A stretch of 63,894 bases of DNA, filler included, from an uncultured bacterium (GTDB taxonomy: Bacteria; CAYJRR01): NCBI GenBank assembly GCA_964372275.1. It is 4 parts of 4 records of this genome, joined end to end, with 100 filler letters (N's around TTAATTAATTAA, not from the genome) between each part and the next. Parts side by side here need not be neighbours in the genome. Positions count along the whole stretch, not along the records: positions 1 to 19,801 come from CAYJRR010000085.1; 3 more parts are not named here. One strand, 5' to 3'. A program made the position numbers and the translations under genes. Of this stretch, positions 9,491 to 18,548 are shown piece by piece; position 1 is the first letter of the stretch, and each line of letters starts with the position of its first letter. The notes beneath the pieces were generated by a model. The model searched no databases. It was not told the origin of the DNA and saw nothing but the letters and a program-made list of their open reading frames with translations.

Positions 9491-9720
9491 CCGTGGCGCG
9501 AACGCGGGGACAACGGCGCGTGACCGCACCGAACCGGTTCGCCGCGGCGACCGGGGTCGCGGGGGCGGCGGCGGCCGTCCCGGCGGCCTTTCCCGCGGCA
9601 TCCCCCCCGCCGGGGGTACACCCCACGGCCGCCGTTACGGCCTCCGTCGCGGCCCCGGTACCGGTCGCGAATGCGGCTACGTGGACACGGGCACGAAAGC
9701 GTGTCTGAAATACGCGCCCC

Positions 9721-11406
9721 ATGATCCCCCTGCTCGCGTCCATCCTTCTCGCCGCGCCGGCCTCCCACGCGCCCGCGCAGCTCCTCCTCACCCACGCCAA
9801 CGTCGTCACCCTCGATCCGGCGCACCCGCGCGCCGAGGCGATCGCGATCCGCGGTGACACCATCGTCTACGTCGGCGATGCCGCCGGCGCGGAGGCGTTC
9901 GCCGGACCGAAGACCGAGCGCATCGACCTGGCCGGCTCCACCGTCGTTCCGGGACTGGTCGACGCGCACGCGCACGTAGCCTCCCTCGGTGGCGACCTGG
10001 AGAGCCTGCGGCTGAACGGCACGACGAGCTGGGAGGCGGTCGTCGCCGCCGTCGCGGAACGGGTCGCCCGGGCGAAGCCGGGCGAATGGATCGTCGGGCG
10101 CGGCTGGGATCAGAACGACTGGGCGGTGAAGGAGTTCCCGACACACGAGAAGCTCTCGGCCGTTTCGCCGAACAACCCGGTGTTGCTGTCGCGGATCGAC
10201 GGGCACGCCGTCGTCGTCAACGCGCTCGCCCTGCGGACGGGGGGCGTGACCCGCGCGACGGCCGACCCGCCGGGCGGCCGGATCCTGCGCGCGGCCGCGG
10301 CCGGGGAGCCGACGGGGGTGCTGGTCGACGACGCGATCGATCTCGTGGCGAAGCACGTCCCCTCGCCGACGCTCGCGCAGGTGAAGGCGCGGATCCTGCG
10401 CGCGCAGGAGGCCTGCCTCGCGGCGGGGCTCACCGGCATCCACGACATGGGGGTCGGCGCGACGGAACTGGCCGCCTTCGAGGCGCTCGACCGGGAGCGG
10501 AAGCTGAAGCTTCGCGTGTACGCTTTGCTCGACGGCGGCGACCGCTCGCTCTTGAAGAAGCGGTTCGCCCGCGGTCCGGTCGTCGCGAAGGGCAAGGGGC
10601 GGCTGACGGTTCGCGGCTTCAAGCTGTTCGCCGACGGCGCGCTCGGCTCCCGCGGCGCGGCGCTGCTCGCCGACTACGCCGACGAGCCCGGGAATCGCGG
10701 TCTGCTGCGCGACGGAGTCGACGAGATCGCCCGGCGCATCGACGAAGGCCGAAGGGCCGGCTTCCAGGTGGCGGTCCACGCCATCGGGGACGCCGGCAAC
10801 CGAGCGGTGCTCGACGCCATCGAGAGCGTCCGCGACCGCGTCGAGCGGCGTTCCGGCGGGAAGCCGATGTCCGCGGTCGAGCGCCCGCGGATCGAGCACG
10901 TGCAGGTGCTGGCGCCGGAGGATCTGCCGCGCCTGGCGAAGCTCGGGGTCGTCGCTTCGATGCAGCCGACGCACGCCACCTCCGACATGCCGTGGGCCGA
11001 AGCCCGCCTGGGGAAGGAGCGGGTGAAGGGGGCCTATGCCTGGCGCACGCTCCTCGACTCGGGGGCGTCGCTTGCGTTCGGCTCCGACTTCCCGGTCGAG
11101 GGGGTCTCGCCCCTGTGGGGGATCTACGCCGCGGTCACCCGTACCGACCACCAGGGGAGTCCGGCGGGCGGGTGGTTGCCGTCGCAGAAACTCTCCGCGC
11201 TGGAAGCGCTGGCCGGATTCACCACCGGCGCGGCCTACGCCGGTTTCGACGAACGGTCGGGCGGGACGATCGCGGCGGGGCGGCGGGCCGACCTGACGGT
11301 CTTGTCGCGGGACCTCACCGCCGTAGCAGCGGCCGAGATCCTCACCACGGAGGTCCGGATGACCGTCGTCGGAGGGGAGATCGTCTTCCGCCGCGACGCG
11401 AGCTGA
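9721..11406 (+). CDS. Exported YtcJ-like amidohydrolase (Amidohydro_3)
   Basis: PGLVDAHAH, KLFADGALGSRGA, VHAIGD, RIEH, SMQPTH, FGSDFPV; signal peptide. Confidence 0.93.
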   Translation: MIPLLASILLAAPASHAPAQLLLTHANVVTLDPAHPRAEAIAIRGDTIVYVGDAAGAEAFAGPKTERIDLAGSTVVPGLVDAHAHVASLGGDLESLRLNGTTSWEAVVAAVAERVARAKPGEWIVGRGWDQNDWAVKEFPTHEKLSAVSPNNPVLLSRIDGHAVVVNALALRTGGVTRATADPPGGRILRAAAAGEPTGVLVDDAIDLVAKHVPSPTLAQVKARILRAQEACLAAGLTGIHDMGVGATELAAFEALDRERKLKLRVYALLDGGDRSLLKKRFARGPVVAKGKGRLTVRGFKLFADGALGSRGAALLADYADEPGNRGLLRDGVDEIARRIDEGRRAGFQVAVHAIGDAGNRAVLDAIESVRDRVERRSGGKPMSAVERPRIEHVQVLAPEDLPRLAKLGVVASMQPTHATSDMPWAEARLGKERVKGAYAWRTLLDSGASLAFGSDFPVEGVSPLWGIYAAVTRTDHQGSPAGGWLPSQKLSALEALAGFTTGAAYAGFDERSGGTIAAGRRADLTVLSRDLTAVAAAEILTTEVRMTVVGGEIVFRRDAS

Positions 11407-11463
11407 AATAAGGTGCGGACCGGCGCGTAGGGGGGGCCGCCACGTTCGACCCGAGGAGCCCCG

Positions 11464-13638
11464 ATGCCGACCGGTCCCGCCTTCGCCCTGATCCTCGCCG
11501 CCTTCTCCGATCTCCCCTCGATCGACGCGCCGGTCGTCACCGAGCCGCCGACGATCGACGGCCGGCTCGACGAGCCGGTGTGGGAACGGGCGGTGAAGGT
11601 CGACACCTTCTCCGCCGCCAAGCCGACCGAAGGGGCCCCCCCGTCGGAGCGCACCCAGGTGCGCCTGCTGCGCGACAGCCAAGCCCTCTACCTCGCCTTC
11701 GAGGCGTTCGAGCGCGATCCGTCCCAGGTCCGGGTCTCGTTCGGCGATCGCGACGACGTCGGATCGGACGACCTGGTCGGCGTCCTGCTCGATCCGTTCG
11801 GCGACGAGCGCCGCGGGTTCGAGTTCCTGATGAATCCCTACGGCTTCCAGCTCGACTGCGTCCAGATCGAAAGCGGCAACGAAGACTGCACCTGGGACGC
11901 GCTCTACGACTCGCGCGGCCGCACCACACCGGAGGGGTTCGTCGTCGAAGCGCGGATCCCGTTCGCCAGCCTCCGCTTCGACCCGACGCGCGACGCGTGG
12001 CGGATGCAGCTCCTGCGGGTGATCCGGCGTACCGGGGAGGCGCTCGTCTGGTCGCCGTTCCAGGCGGCGCGCGGCGGGTTCCTGCGCCAGACGGGACACC
12101 TCACCGGGATGCGCGGGATCCCGGCGCGCCGCACGGCGGAGCTCCTGCCGGAGATGACGATGCGCGCCGGCCCCGCGACGAGCCGCGCGGGCGCGCTCTA
12201 CGCGCCGGAGGCCGATTCGGGGCTCCCCGAGAACGCCGCCGCCGACCTCGGGCTCTCGGCGAAGGTGGCGCGCGCCGGGGGCGCCGTCGACCTCGCGATC
12301 AACCCTGACTACAGCCAGATCGAGTCGGACGCCTCGCGAATCGCCGCGAACGAGCGGTTCGCCCTCTACTACGACGAGAAGCGGCCGTTCTTCCTGGAAG
12401 GACGCGAGCTGTTCGCGATGCCGTGGGAGGCGGTCTACACCCGTTCGATCGTCGACCCCGTCTATGGCGCGAAGGTCTCGGGCAAGGCCGGGCGCACCGC
12501 CTTCGCCGTGCTCCACGCCGAGGACGACCAGCCAGCGGCGAGCGTCGTCGACGGTCGCTGGAGCCCGGAGAGCTACGCCGAAGGACGGGCGATCTCGACC
12601 GTCGCCCGCGGCGTCACCGACTTCGGCGGGGACAACACCGCCGGTTTCCTCGCGACGACGAAGAGGGTCGGCGAGCATTGGAACCGCGTTGTCGGGGCCG
12701 ACGGGAAAGTCGCGGTCACCGAGTCGTATCGCCTGATCGCGCAGGGGCTCTGGTCGGCGACCGACCTGCCCGGCGGCCTCTACGAGACCGGGACGGCGGT
12801 CAAGGTCCGCCTCCGCGGCGGCGACCGGCGGCTCAGCTGGTTCCAGTGGTACGAACAGATCGATCCCGACTTCCGCGCCGAGACCGGGTACATCCCGCGC
12901 GTCGGTTATCGCGAAGCGGGCCTGGGGCCGTCCTACCGGATCGAGACCGGACGCAGCACCGGCCTGCTCGCGGTGCGGCCCGAGGTCGAGGTGAGCTGGC
13001 TCGACTCCCAGGTCGACCACGACTTCGAGCGGTTCGGCCGGACCCGGATCGTCTTCGAGTTTCCGGCCACGCGGTTCGTCGTCGCCGGCGCGGCGGCCGA
13101 GGAAGGGTTTTCCAACCGCACGTTCCACAAGAACCGGGTCGCGGTCGGGGGCGGAGGATCTCCGACCGGGTGGCTCTCCTTCGACGCCGACCTCTCCGCC
13201 GGGAAGCAGATCTCCTACTTCCAGCCGGACGACCCGTACGTCGGCGGCGTGGTCGCGGCCGGCGGCGGCGTGGAGCTCAAGCCCTGGGACCGGCTACGGT
13301 TCGGCGCGCGCTACGGGCGCTCGATCTTCTCGTCCGGCGAGGTGGGCGATGCCTGGCGTCAGCTCACCTCGCGGGGCGGCGAGGAGACGGTCTTCGACGA
13401 GGCCGTCTCCCGTGGAAGCGTGCTGTTCTTCCTGACGCCGTCGATCTCGGCGCGGGTGATCGGCGACTGGACCTCGGATTCGGACCGGATCGTCCTCTCG
13501 GGCCTGCTCTCCTATCGGCCCGGACCGGGGACCGTCTTCTACGTCGGCTACCAGGACGCCGCCCCCGCCGGCGCCGACCCGTCAACCGCCCCCGCGCGCG
13601 CCGCCTTTCTCAAGCTCTCCTACCTCTGGCGCTCCTGA
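11464..13638 (+). CDS. CBM9-like / DUF5916 outer-membrane protein
   Basis: PTIDGRLDEPVW N-terminus, NPDYSQIESD...RFALYYDEKRPFFLEG, barrel-type C-terminus FLKLSYLW. Confidence 0.85.
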   Translation: MPTGPAFALILAAFSDLPSIDAPVVTEPPTIDGRLDEPVWERAVKVDTFSAAKPTEGAPPSERTQVRLLRDSQALYLAFEAFERDPSQVRVSFGDRDDVGSDDLVGVLLDPFGDERRGFEFLMNPYGFQLDCVQIESGNEDCTWDALYDSRGRTTPEGFVVEARIPFASLRFDPTRDAWRMQLLRVIRRTGEALVWSPFQAARGGFLRQTGHLTGMRGIPARRTAELLPEMTMRAGPATSRAGALYAPEADSGLPENAAADLGLSAKVARAGGAVDLAINPDYSQIESDASRIAANERFALYYDEKRPFFLEGRELFAMPWEAVYTRSIVDPVYGAKVSGKAGRTAFAVLHAEDDQPAASVVDGRWSPESYAEGRAISTVARGVTDFGGDNTAGFLATTKRVGEHWNRVVGADGKVAVTESYRLIAQGLWSATDLPGGLYETGTAVKVRLRGGDRRLSWFQWYEQIDPDFRAETGYIPRVGYREAGLGPSYRIETGRSTGLLAVRPEVEVSWLDSQVDHDFERFGRTRIVFEFPATRFVVAGAAAEEGFSNRTFHKNRVAVGGGGSPTGWLSFDADLSAGKQISYFQPDDPYVGGVVAAGGGVELKPWDRLRFGARYGRSIFSSGEVGDAWRQLTSRGGEETVFDEAVSRGSVLFFLTPSISARVIGDWTSDSDRIVLSGLLSYRPGPGTVFYVGYQDAAPAGADPSTAPARAAFLKLSYLWRS

Positions 13639-13716
13639 CGTGACGGCCGGCACGGGACTGGGCGCTGTGACGTCGGCCATGGTCAACGCCCGCCGGGTGG
13701 AGCGATCATCGCGGAC

Positions 13717-14367
13717 ATGAAGGCTCGCGGATCGATGGCGGCAGTGTCGCTCGTCCTGATCGCGGAGCTCGTCGCCGGATGCCGGGACGAGCGGCGCAAG
13801 ACGAACAACGACGACGACCTCGACACCGAGGCGGGGGTCATCGACGTCTACCAAAACTTCGAGCCGACGATCTTCAAGATCACCACCGCCGGTCTGGCGG
13901 CGAAGGACACCGCGGCGCAGGGGGCGAACATCCCCGCCGTGCCACTCACCGGCGACGTGATGGGGACGGGGACGATGGGGGGGACGGTGGCCCAGTCGGG
14001 CAGCCTGAACCAGAACTTGAACCTCTGGGTGCAGCTCAACGATTACAGCGACACCGGTCTGGTGCGCTACCAGACCGAGGGGACCTCCCTCCAGTTTGGG
14101 CTCAACATCACCAACCAGCCGTCGGACAACCAGATGACCGGCGACCTGGTGGGCGCGCTGACCCTGGCCGGCGACGTCGAGGGCATCGGCGATTTCGACC
14201 TGCACACCGTCTCCGACCTCGCCGACGACGACGCGAATCCGGCGCTGATCTGCACCCGCGTGACCGGGACGGTGACGGCCGTCCACGACTCGACGCTGAC
14301 GGTCGACTTCGTGATCGCGGCCGGCGTCCTCGACTCCGCGCAAGCCCTCAAGTGCTCCACCCTGTAG
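13717..14367 (+). CDS. Putative lipoprotein of unknown function
   Basis: Lipobox LVAGC; Thr/Asp/Asn-rich beta sequence; good codon bias. Confidence 0.75.
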   Translation: MKARGSMAAVSLVLIAELVAGCRDERRKTNNDDDLDTEAGVIDVYQNFEPTIFKITTAGLAAKDTAAQGANIPAVPLTGDVMGTGTMGGTVAQSGSLNQNLNLWVQLNDYSDTGLVRYQTEGTSLQFGLNITNQPSDNQMTGDLVGALTLAGDVEGIGDFDLHTVSDLADDDANPALICTRVTGTVTAVHDSTLTVDFVIAAGVLDSAQALKCSTL

Positions 14368-14371
14368 CGGG

Positions 14372-14800
14372 TCAGCGGTGGAGGTGGCCGACGTCGGGGG
14401 CGCGTTCGCGGGTGAGGCGGATCGTGCCGAGGCGCTTCACGTTGGCGCAGGCGTCGACCTCCCCCTCGCCGCAGGCCGCGGCGTCGACGACGTAGAAGCG
14501 CGCCGGGCCACCTTGCTTCTCGGGGAGCGGCGCGTCGCCGAGACGGTAGGCGACGACCGCGTTGTCGGCGATCGCGCTTAAGCGGACGCTGATCTCGAAG
14601 GCGCCGTCCTCGGAGCAGAGCGAGGCGTAGGCCGCCGAGGCGGTCGGCGCCACGGCGTCGAGCAGCGCCCGCAGCCGCACCGCGCCGCCGGTCTTGCCGG
14701 GGACCAGGGTCGAGAGGTCGTCGATCTGGCCCGGCAGCGCGCGCAGCTCGGCGAAATCGAACTCGCGCGCCCGCGACACCTCGCCTTCGACCCGGATCAT
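14372..14800 (-). CDS. Molybdopterin-dependent oxidoreductase-like single-domain protein
   Basis: IRVEGEV...FDFAELRALP, VRLRALL, VAYRLGDAPLPEKQGGPARF, CANVK resemble the Oxidored_molyb domain; GAGGG RBS. Confidence 0.7.
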   Translation of the reverse strand: MIRVEGEVSRAREFDFAELRALPGQIDDLSTLVPGKTGGAVRLRALLDAVAPTASAAYASLCSEDGAFEISVRLSAIADNAVVAYRLGDAPLPEKQGGPARFYVVDAAACGEGEVDACANVKRLGTIRLTRERAPDVGHLHR

Positions 14801-14818
14801 TCGTCCCTCATCGCGCCG

Positions 14819-15391
14819 CTATCCGCGCAGGGCGTAGCTCGTCTTCCGCGCCCACTGCGAGTCGGGCCAACGAGCGACGATCGTCGACCAACGTTCGGTG
14901 CAGTCGGCAAAGACCTTGGAGCGCCGGTAGCGGCTGATCCCCTGCCAGTAGATCGCCTCCGGCGCCCGCTCGGCCGTCCGGCCGCCCGGCGTCGCGTCGG
15001 CGACCGCCTGGAAGAGCCGGTCGGCGTCGTCGTATCGCTTCTCCCCCATCGCCAGGATGGCGCGGCCGAAGTCGAGCTCGACCAGGAACTCCTGCGGCGG
15101 CAGGAATCCGACCTGCACGTGCGCCGGCCGCTCGTCGGCGCCGGCGACGATCAGCCCCGGCAGCCAGCGGGCGTTCATCTTGCGCGGCAGGTCTCCCGCC
15201 TTCGTGCTCTCCAGCTTGCAGGGGACGAACGAATCGCGGAGCCGCTCGATCACCGTGGGGTCGGGGTACGTCACGGTACCCATCTCTTTGCACCCCATTC
15301 AGGTGTGCGCGTAGAGCCAGAGGAAGATCGGAAGGCCGCGCCCCTGCGCCTGCGCCCGCGCCTCTTCCCAGCTTTCGATCCACGGGATCAT
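14819..15391 (-). CDS. Selenocysteine-containing thioredoxin-fold (UxxC) + TPR-like protein, 190 aa
   Basis: GGAGG RBS then ATG 15391: MIPWIESWEEARAQAQGRGLPIFLWLYAHT-TGA(15301..15299)-MGCKEMGTVTYPD in one frame; TGA sits at the first Cys of the CxxC site; cis-Pro WLP and GFLPP; downstream hairpin. Confidence 0.88.
15257..15296 (-). other. Bacterial SECIS-like hairpin of the thioredoxin selenoprotein
   Basis: mRNA GGGUAC-cGUgac-GUACCC upper stem (15264-15281), loop starts 24 nt after UGA with GU; lower GGGGU/ACCCC pairing. Confidence 0.7.
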
Positions 15392-15413
15392 CTCGAACCT
15401 CCGCCGGCGGATC

Positions 15414-16484
15414 CTACTCCGGCGCGGGCGGGTCGGCCACCACCACCGACGCGTGCTCGGCGACGTAGCGCTGCGAGATCCAGCCGTAGCCCGGACCGAA
15501 CGGGTGATCCAGGCCGAAGCTGGCGGCGCCCCAGCTGTTCTTGAAGAGGTAGAAGCCCCGTTCGCGCACAGCGTGTCCGTCGGCGTCGAGGACGATCCTC
15601 CCTTCGCCGTCGCGCACCGGGACCTCGAGGGTGTCGTCCCAGCCGACGATCAGGACGCCGTGCCCGGCCGGATTCCGCTCCGAATCGGCGCGGTCGGCGT
15701 CGTTCGGATAGGTGACGAACCCGGCGCGCCAGTAGTCGCCGTTGAGCGGAAGCCCCGACAGGCCGTGGTTCCAGCTCTGGTAGAAGACCGGCAGCCCGAT
15801 CGTCGCGCCGGACTCGGTCTCCGCCAGGTGCGACTTGATCGCGTTCGGGTGGAGGTATCGCGGCATCGGCAGCTTGAAGCGGGGCGCGGCGAGCGCCTCG
15901 TCCGGCGGATCACCGTTGGTGAAGCAGACGCGGGGCCGGGCGGCGGCGGCCGGATCGCACGCCGGGTCCTGCGCAGGACCCCAGGGGTCGGGTTGGTAGG
16001 GGGCGACCGGCTCCTCGACGATCCCGAACTTCGAGACCGCTTCCAGGTTCACGCCGCTGTGCGACCCCTCGCCGTCGGGGAAGGCGCCGAGCTCGGTCTT
16101 GACCGACCACTGGAGGAACTGTTCCGAGAAGTCGGGGTTCGCCAGACCCCGCTTCTTGTAGAGGCTCTCGACCAGGGCGACGCTGGCGAAGACCGAACAG
16201 ACGCCGCGCCCGCCCTGGTCCTTCACCGGTGTGTCGAAGCGCGCGACGTCGAAGACGGCCGGCAGGATTGCGGGGAGGCTGGTGTCGACCAGCTCGTCGG
16301 CGGTCGGTACGCCGGCGAACAGCGCGTCGAGATCGGACAGCGTCGGGCGATTGTCGGTCGGCGGCTCGACCGGCGGTTCGCTCGGCACCGACGAGACCTC
16401 CGCCGTACGGCAGGCGGCCGAGAGGAACAGCAGAGCGGCCGCGAGGCGGGAGAGGTCGATTCGCGGCGTTCGTTCGTTGCGCAC
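15414..16484 (-). CDS. Papain-like C1 family cysteine peptidase, probable lipoprotein
   Basis: DQGGRGVCSVF, FSEQ, AGHGVLIVGW, FKNSWG; lipobox LSAAC; GTG start at 16484 after AAGGA. Confidence 0.9.
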   Translation of the reverse strand: MRNERTPRIDLSRLAAALLFLSAACRTAEVSSVPSEPPVEPPTDNRPTLSDLDALFAGVPTADELVDTSLPAILPAVFDVARFDTPVKDQGGRGVCSVFASVALVESLYKKRGLANPDFSEQFLQWSVKTELGAFPDGEGSHSGVNLEAVSKFGIVEEPVAPYQPDPWGPAQDPACDPAAAARPRVCFTNGDPPDEALAAPRFKLPMPRYLHPNAIKSHLAETESGATIGLPVFYQSWNHGLSGLPLNGDYWRAGFVTYPNDADRADSERNPAGHGVLIVGWDDTLEVPVRDGEGRIVLDADGHAVRERGFYLFKNSWGAASFGLDHPFGPGYGWISQRYVAEHASVVVADPPAPE

Positions 16485-16509
16485 GGTCGGTCCTTCGGGC
16501 CGTCCGTCG

Positions 16510-16525
16510 AGCAATCCGGATGCCA
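16510..16525 (-). promoter_or_regulatory. Sigma54 (-24/-12) promoter of the C1 peptidase unit
   Basis: Minus strand TGGCATCCGGATTGCT, GG-N10-GC, 25 nt before the GTG. Confidence 0.75.
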
Positions 16526-16733
16526 GCGAAGCCCGCCGACCCGGTCGTGCAACTAGCGGCGATCGCAGCGCTTCCCGATGCGTCTCGGCGTTCGCGGCGC
16601 CCCCGTCCGTCCGTCCCCTGGGTTCGGGAGGTCCCCCTGTCCCGTCCGTAGACCCGCGGCCGGTCGAGAAGTGGTGCGGTACGGCACCGCGGACAGGCTA
16701 GACTCCGTCGCCCCAAGAAGGAGTAACGGATCG

Positions 16734-17015
16734 ATGGCGCGAACGGTGAAGTGCGCGAAGCTGGGCAAGGAGCTGCCGGGTCTCGACTGGCAGCCGTATC
16801 CGGGGGAGCTCGGGAAGAAGATCTACGAGAACGTCTCGGAGCAGGCGTTCCAGATGTGGCTCGAGCAGGCGAAGCTGATCATCAACGAGTACCGCCTGAA
16901 CCTCGCCGATCCGGCCGCCCAGAAGATGCTCTACGAGCAGGCGGAGAAGTTCTTCTTCGGAGAGGGGGCGCAGATGCCCCCCGACTACGTCCCGCAGGGG
17001 GCGGCCAAGAAGTAG
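16734..17015 (+). CDS. yggX: Fe(II)-trafficking / oxidative damage protection protein
   Basis: MARTVKCAKLGKELPGL..PYPGELGKKIYENVS...W...IINEYRLNLADP...FFF; AAGGAG RBS. Confidence 0.95.
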   Translation: MARTVKCAKLGKELPGLDWQPYPGELGKKIYENVSEQAFQMWLEQAKLIINEYRLNLADPAAQKMLYEQAEKFFFGEGAQMPPDYVPQGAAKK

Positions 17016-17036
17016 CCGGCGGCCGTTCGCCGCTCG

Positions 17037-18548
17037 ATGAGAGCACCGGGCGACATCCTGCTGGTCTCGACCTACGAGCTGGGCCGCCCGCCGTTGGGGA
17101 TCGCCTGGCCGGCGGCGTTCCTGGAACGCGCCGGATTCCGGCCGGCGACGCTCGACCTCTCGGTCGAGCCGCTCGACGAGTCGCGCATCGCGAACGCGCG
17201 CTTCGTCGGGATCTCCGTGCCGATGCACACGGCGCTTCGGCTCGGCGTCCGGCTCGCGGAGCGGGTCCGCGCGCTGGCGCCAACGGCGCACGTCTGCTTC
17301 CACGGACTGTACGCGTTCGCGAACGCGTCGTTCCTGCTCGAGCGCCTGGGCGATTCGGTGGTGAGCGGCGAGCATGAGGCGGCGCTCGTCGCCTGGATCG
17401 AAGCGCTCGAAGCGGACGCCGCGGAGCCCGGCGCCGCCCGGTCGATCACGACCGGTGCCGTCGCCGGCGGGGGGACGGCGATCCCCGGGATCCGCGTCCG
17501 GGGCGGGGAGGCGGCCCCGATCCTGCGGCGCCTCGACTTCCCGGCCCCTTCGCGCGCGGGGCTCCCGCCTCTCGACCGCTATGCGCGGATCGACGTCGAC
17601 GGCCGCCAGGGGCTCGCGGCCGCGGTGGAGGCCAGCCGCGGGTGCCTCCACCGGTGCCGCCACTGCCCGATCCCGCCGGTCTACGACGGCCGGTTCTTCG
17701 TCGTGCCGGAAGCCGTGGTGCTCGCCGACGTCGACGCGGCGGTGGCGGCGGGCGCGACGCACGTCACCTTCGCCGACCCCGACTTCCTCAACGCCCCGGC
17801 GCATGCGCGGCGCGTGTTGGAACGGCTCCACGCGCGCCATCCGTCGCTCACCGTCGACGTCACGGCGAAGGTGGAGCATCTGCTCCGCGATCCGGCGTTC
17901 CTCGGCGACGCCAGGCGCTGGGGCTGCCTGTTCGTGGTGACCGCCCTCGAATCGCTCTCCGACCGCGTGCTGGCGATCCTGGAGAAGGGGCACACCCGCG
18001 CCGACGCGCTCGAGCTGCTCGACCTCGCCCGGGAGGCCGGCGTCTGCGTGCGGCCGTCGCTCCTTCCGTTCACGCCGTGGTCGACGCTCGACGACTACCT
18101 CGAGCTCCTGGACCTCCTCGTGGACCGCGACCTCGTCGACCACGTCGATCCGGTGCAGCTCACGATCCGGCTGCTGGTGCCGGCGGGATCGTTGCTGGAA
18201 CGCGATCCCGAGTTCGTGCCGCACCGCGGACCGTTCGAGGCGGAGCGCCTCTCCTGGCGCTGGACGCACCCCGACCCGAGGATGGACGCGCTCCACGAGC
18301 GGGCGGCGAGGATCGCCGCCGACGCGGCCCGTGCCGGCGAACCGCCCGAGACGACCTTCGCGCGCCTGCGCGAGGCCGCGCTCGAGGCGCGCGACGGCGC
18401 GCACCGCCGCGCGGTCGCCGGAGAGGCGCGCGACGCGACGGCGCGCCGCCCCCGCGCCCCCCGGCTGACCGAGCCCTGGTTCTGCTGAGCGGAACCGCTC
18501 GAGGGTCGGTCCGACCCTCTCGCCCGCGAACGCCGCGCCGCGACCTAG
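17037..18548 (+). CDS. CUAEP/CCAEP-tail radical SAM selenoprotein (cobalamin-binding-like N-domain), 503 aa with Sec readthrough
   Basis: ASRGCLHRCRHC (CxxxCxxC), TFADPDF; RLTEPWFC-TGA(18486-18488)-AEPLEGRSDPLARERRAAT-TAG; SECIS-like hairpin; final TAG overlaps the convergent gene's TAG. Confidence 0.9.
18489..18527 (+). other. Bacterial SECIS-like hairpin of the radical SAM selenoprotein
   Basis: Perfect GAGGGUCG-guc-CGACCCUC stem (18501-18519) starting 13 nt after UGA; loop starts GU; lower GCGG/CCGC pairing. Confidence 0.78.

Noticed and set aside
9178-13128. Very long antisense ORFs (also 273..1754 upstream part, 4409..6871, 23847..27596, 36838..39558, 41307..44858, 54900..56951)
   Set aside because: Shadows of real genes in high-GC DNA: Arg/Pro/Gly-rich, no motifs, lying opposite well-supported CDSs
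14372-14374. Sec readthrough at other TGA stops (e.g. 2710, 9490, 11406, 14372, 29845)
   Set aside because: No Cys/redox motif context, and the proteins already look complete
14819-15391. Thioredoxin gene as a nonsense pseudogene or as a 159-aa protein starting at 15298
   Set aside because: The only interruption is a TGA at the catalytic Cys position with a SECIS-like hairpin, the upstream ATG has a strong RBS, and 15298 has none
18501-18519. Hairpin after the radical SAM TGA as a simple intrinsic terminator
   Set aside because: No U-tract on either strand; position, GU loop and in-frame AEP continuation fit a SECIS better, though a dual role is not excluded
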